Below are positions 58,373 through 64,000 of a stretch of DNA of 64,000 nt, piece by piece. The translations under genes were made by a program, and so were the position numbers. Numbering within the stretch: the stretch's first letter is position 1; each line of letters opens with the position of its first letter. Source of the DNA: Ophelia neglecta (Eukaryota); NCBI GenBank assembly GCA_965285935.1, contig OZ260661.1, forward strand, positions 82,584,001-82,648,000, written 5' to 3'. The notes beneath the pieces are model-generated. The model did no database searches, was not told where the DNA came from, and worked only from the letters and a program-made list of their open reading frames with translations.

Positions 58373-61300
58373 AGAATACTTGGTCAAACAAACATCTTAT
58401 ATCCGAGTTTTATTATCACTGTCTGGTTGGTTGTACATGTACATGATTATTTTAGATGGTAATATAATTAATATTACATAGAAACAACATTGGTACTCTT
58501 CAATAGGTAATAACAAAAAGGCAATGACCATAGAGAATAAACTAACATTGTTAATACAAGACTGCCAGGGAATGTATTAATTCCACCAATGTATGTTTTC
58601 AACTTTTTTTGCTGGACAATCTTATTGGCTTCTTTCACTACCAACAATCAAATTGTATATTAAAGATCAAATTGTGGAAGGATCAAATGGCAGGATGAGC
58701 CATGACAATATATACATACATGTATAGACACAATGTATTATAGTACAAACAGTAATACCTAAACATATGTTTCTATCACAACGTAGCGAACTGAAATAAT
58801 AATCAACTTGAGCAATCCATACATGAACAATACATTCAGATACTGATAATCCTCTGGATGGCACTCTTCAATGAAACATATTCTATTGGTACATGCTAGC
58901 TGCCCATGAAATTATACTAAATAAACTCTTCTCTATAATCATTTGTCTTTAATTAATTGGTGAAAAAATAGCTCTTTTTGCTTATTTACTCATTCAGTCG
59001 ATTAAAAAAAACACAAACAAATAAAAATAAAATAAACTAATACCAATTATTAAAAGTAAGGATCCATGTTGAAAACAGGTAGAAAACAGAACAGGATGAC
59101 CAGATAATATTGGAGAATTCCAAAAAAAAATCATTGGAGACAAAGTACGAGTATACTCCAAAGAAACATACCTTGTTTGAAGCATTATGAAATCAAGATC
59201 TTGGGTGTATGGGATACTATCTTTTTAATTGGTTGCCTAGCAACCAACACAAGCAAGTCTACTTTTCCGTATGCTTGTGCTACGTTTGAGCCAATCATGC
59301 AGGTGTAGTAATTTGGTAGCAATTTGGGGGCCAAATATGTATGCAGATTTGATGGAAAAATAAATATCCCTAAAATTATATATTTCTGGAAAGAACCTCA
59401 GATATAAAACAAACTTCAGTGTAATATAGAATGTTATGGTGTCATAACAAAATGACAAATATTTACTGATAATATTTAACTAAGAAGTTAAAGTACAAGT
59501 ATCAGGTATTTTGTTATAACTTAATATTAATCAAGCATCCAACCAGATAAATTGCCAAAGGTAAATACAACATGCAAGATATTTGTAAATTCTAATATGA
59601 AATTTATTTTTATTGGAAAATCCTCAGAACACTTCCAGTGATCTGAACTTATATATTTCTTAGTATATTGTCCATGAAGATTTAATAGTTTAGGTTACAA
59701 ATGTACATTAACATGTATATAGTCTTATTTTGGTAAGATATGTAGCCACTGTTTATACATTAACTTGTTATGTTATACTTATAAATGTTGTAAGATGCAC
59801 ATAACAGTTTTTCAAAGCAGAATGTTATATAAAGATTTCTTGAAACAAACTTGTTTTAAATGGATAAGTGAAGACATTTGCAGCTTTGCTGGTTATTAAA
59901 TCTAAATCCTATAAAGTATTTGATTTTAGTGTCATTTCTCCCTTCAGCAGTGTATTGAAATTACATCACAATCATATGTCGTCATTGATGCATTTACGGA
60001 ACAGCCAAGCATTCATTTTTTTATTAAAAACTTCCACAGCACTATGCCTCAAGTTTAAAATGGGAGTAGACGGGGAGATTAAACCATTATTTACTTAAAT
60101 AATTTGTTCTTGCACGGACAATCACCCCCTAAGCTGAAAATACCATTGTGCGATTTGGAGCGAATTATAATGGCACAAAATTGATTCACGTAGCCAATAA
60201 CTGGCATGCATGCTTCAATGAACCAGAGTACTGAGAATGGGGAGTTGGTGTCATTGTTATGTCCAACATTCACATGTTTACTGACATTTATATGACATAT
60301 TTTATCATAGTTAACTATCTACAGTATTAATGTAAATTCCCTCCAAATCAGCAAGTTCTTAATGTTAAGGCCATATATATATATCACTTATCCACTAACA
60401 GATATCACAAACTTTACACCAATGGAACTGGTAGGTTTAATAAGAACAACTCTCTACTGAGAGCACGCAATTACAAAAATTGTTATCATGCTTTTGCAAA
60501 CAGAGAGCAGTAAGACAGGCATTGAAGTCATTTTTCCTCATGAGATTATTCAGGCCTAAGGCCCCAGTCTTAGTCCATCTACTTATGAACAAAATTTAAT
60601 GTAAGTAGTTACTTTAGCAGGGCTGGCCAATTCTTTACTAGACTTGGTCAGACAGTTGAACCTTATTGTTTTACCTGCCAATGTATAACACTGTACGACA
60701 TAATGGCTAGTTTGGTGCAACATGAAATTCAAAGTGGTGAAGACATTGTTTACCTATCAAGTCTTAAACCAGAAAGCCCAAGATATAATCAAAGATTATG
60801 TGCCCAATATTTTAAGAATTATAACCACAGTAATAGTAATTAGGCATAACAAATAAATCAAATATCAAGATGGAAATTGGTTCATTTTAAATGTCCTTTT
60901 CAATGTCTAAATGGCAAGAGTATTCCTGAGAGGCCAGATTTAAAACCAGTTATATACAAGTACAGAGTCTTTTATAAAGCATTCAAAAGATGTTTACTCC
61001 TGTATGGCACAGGTAAGATAAAAAATGTACAATAACGCTTGTTCTAAACATATTTTTATTGGGATTGGCCAAAAAAATATGTTTAAACAAATTGTTACAA
61101 AAAGACTTAAAATGAGAAGCAAGACAGGATGCCTACCATGTGATTCACTTATTGAGTTTTCAAACAAGGAATCTGAGCATGTTTCTTAGACTTTATAAAT
61201 ACTTGGGACTACTAAACCTAATTGAAAAATTAATGTGTTCACAATTAGAGACCTGTAATTTGCCTTTCATTTTAAGTCAAGATCAAGATTATATATTTAC

Positions 61301-61925
61301 AACTTTTATTACAGATTAACAATTATATAACAAACTATACAATAGAATTAAAATAACAAAATGTGGGCAGATGAAATTTCCACTGATTATCAAGTGTCAG
61401 GTTTAACAGCAAGTACCGTAAGTGTTGCTAATTGCACATAAAGTTTTGAGTAAAAAATGGCATGCCCAAACACAATATATTGAGGTTAGTCAGGGACAGA
61501 TATAACATGAATGAACATTCTACTCTCAGATATGACACAATAATCTACTTCACAACATGCTACTATTAGCACCTGATTATTACCCACAAAACACTCCCGT
61601 AATTGTGGACAGTAGGACCAGAGACATCTTGGACAATAACAAACAGCAATGTTTTCTCATAGAAGGGACCCAACAATTTGTTTCAGTTGCAAATATGCAC
61701 GGCATGGCCAAGAGCAATTAAGCCAACCTGCTAAGTAGTAACTGAGTGATGCGAGTAGTATGGGCCTATTTGAGCTGTCCCCTATTATTCCTCTGCAGCA
61801 CCTGTGTAGGCCAAGGGATTAATGTATGTGTATGTAGGACCTTGTTAGGACCAAATCCATACCAAATGAATAGTTTCTCAGGCACTACTTTCAAGACGGC
61901 AAGCCTGGGATTCTCAGAGACTATA

Positions 61926-62095
61926 CAGTGGTCCCTGTGATGAAGGGACCCTCTGATGAATGGACTCCCTCCAACCACAGGACATTTTTCAATACCCATG
62001 TCCTATCTTTCCTATGTTGATGTCCCTCTGACAAAGGGACACCTGCCTCCCTTTTGCTTGGATTTAGAGGTGTGCCAACATCACAGGGGCCACTG
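61926..62095. mobile_element. Tc1/mariner-type MITE
   Basis: TIRs CAGTGGTCCCTGTGATG and CATCACAGGGGCCACTG (16/17 match) flanked by TA on both sides. Confidence 0.8.
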
Positions 62096-63421
62096 TATAT
62101 GCCTTAGTGGTGAGAGAATGCAATTTTGCCCCTAAATCTTTAAAAAAAACTCCTTTGGACCAATTTCATCCTAAAGTAGTTGTTTTCTTTAATAAAGTAT
62201 AAATAAAAGCCTTGACTGGCCGGTCTGGAATAAGGCGGGTGGGGCCTGAGGAACACTCTGTAATTGTGTTGTGCCCTAATGGATATTGTTTCCAGTGTTT
62301 CCCATATTTAAAAGTAGTATGGCATGTTTTTTAACATACTTTCACCAGGTATATGAAAATAATTATTCATACAAAAGCAGCCTCTAGGGCATATGTATAG
62401 CATTCAAACAATCTGAACGACACTAGCATAATATCAAGTCAGCCAAATACCCAAAACAACATCAAAGTTACAAGGTGCAAGATATATATCTTAACAGCAT
62501 TCTGTACCTTTTAATCCAGGTAATAAAAAAAATTGCCCAATCATTAAAATGGTCAACCTATTTTGATTCTCTGATGTTTTCATCTATATTCCTGTCTAAA
62601 CAGAAACATATTCATTAAACAACCAGTGAAATGCCAATGTTAGAACTGACTAAAGGTGTACACAGGAACTTGATCTTGCTTCTCATGTTAAATCATCATT
62701 AAATTTGTTCATCTCAGTTCGTTTTCAATCCTGCTCTAGCATCATTTGTGTATGTGTGTGAAGAATTATTTGGCAAACATTCTGTACAATCTGAGCTAAC
62801 GATTAAAATCCTCAAACCCATATTATTTTCCATAAATAATTATTTTCCTACCTCGTGTGTATGATCGTTTCTTAACTGCCTGGTTAGAAAATATATAACT
62901 ATCAGGTTTTTATTAGCACATAGCCCTAGCAGCCTTTGCAGATCTTATATATAAAGAGACCCATACTGGTATCTTCTGGCATTTAGCACTTCTTTTAATA
63001 TAATTCATAAAAAACAATCAAAGAGTTATGTGAAGTTTCAATACACGGTTGATATTCACCATTTTGCCTGTATACCAGCATGTGGAATTGGGAGAGGGAA
63101 ATTTAGTCTTCTATATACACATATATATATTTACTAACTTCCTGTATCCTTTATAAACATACATGTGTGCGCATGAAAATAAATTTAAATATGGACATGA
63201 ATACTGCACATAGAAATTCAATGACATCTATAAAATAGATCTACTGGACATATTTACAAACCATTCAGACATGTGTACAACATGGTGTTTTTCTGTAATG
63301 CCCAGCATGTGTACATCTTATACTAAAATTCAGCTAAACTAAAATCTGCTACTTAGTGACTTTGCTAATGAACTGAGGTTTCAAAGCACTCAGATACCAC
63401 ACATTGCAGACTTAAATTGTG

Positions 63422-63594
63422 TTATGTATTGATGAACGTTTCCTGAAACAGCTGGGGAATTGTAATGCCTTTGTACGTGACTGGGTCAGACATGATCTGA
63501 CTGACTGCCTTATGGTGGACTAGGTTGGCCTTTACCAGCTCGCTTAGCCGCAGTAGTATGAGACCATGTCGATTGGTGGTTTCTCCATATGTTT
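63422..63594 (-). CDS. Terminal coding exon of a second nuclear receptor (LBD helices 10-12); the rest of the gene lies beyond the window
   Basis: Pyrimidine-rich acceptor TTTTATCATTTTAG, then xTYGETTNRHGLILLRLSELVKANLVHH...ITIPQLFQETFINT*. This matches the H10/11 pattern RFxxLLLxLxELRxxN and the AF-2 pattern PxLFxExF. Confidence 0.75.
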
Positions 63595-64000
63595 CTAAAA
63601 TGATAAAAGCAAACAAGGTTGACAAAAAGTAATCACAAGAAAGCTTCAGGTACACAATCGTGTGACTACAAATAAATTGCGTTTGGCTGCTGAGAACACA
63701 CAAACTTTTATGAATTTATTTTAGTAACTGAGGTAGTAGTGTCCTATATACTACTTGGAAAAAATTGACCGGCTTAAACACACCATGCACTCAATATAAA
63801 GTCTGAGGCTTAAAGGTTTTGGAATTTAAAGCCATTGAGTGGTGGTGGCACTGGCAGCAGACGACAAGGCCCAATTTATTTTAGACTTGCAGGATATAAC
63901 ATATCTGTCTATAAGATTATCTATGAGTAGAAAAGTGCCCTTATACTAGTGCCTGCCAATCTAATGCAAAATTTTATGGGGTAGGGGGCAGCACTGCTGA

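Overview
AT-rich, intron-rich animal genomic DNA; the gene content and repeat types suggest a marine lophotrochozoan (inference). Manual splicing gives four genes. (1) A 9-exon nuclear receptor with two complete tandem C4 DNA-binding domains (P-boxes CLPCKS and CEGCKK), a long hinge and a divergent LBD (58-5542, +). (2) A 2-exon GT92/DUF23 glycosyltransferase-like gene with a degenerate DxD motif (7601-9051, -). (3) A complete 23-exon Jagged/Serrate Notch ligand of ~1242 aa with 16 EGF repeats and a 17.2-kb first intron (21032-54518, +). (4) The last exon of a second nuclear receptor, on the minus strand (63422-63594); its final intron matches the 2DBD receptor's in position and phase. Three of the 31 reconstructed introns need GC donors, and one Jagged GC donor has a competing GT donor 4 nt downstream that would truncate the ligand. 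The non-coding DNA holds a CR1/L2 RT fragment, several MITEs, a Helentron-associated-type repeat, a perfect 34-bp-arm palindrome and short tandem repeats. No rRNA, tRNA or CRISPR was found. All splice models are by eye and need transcript support.
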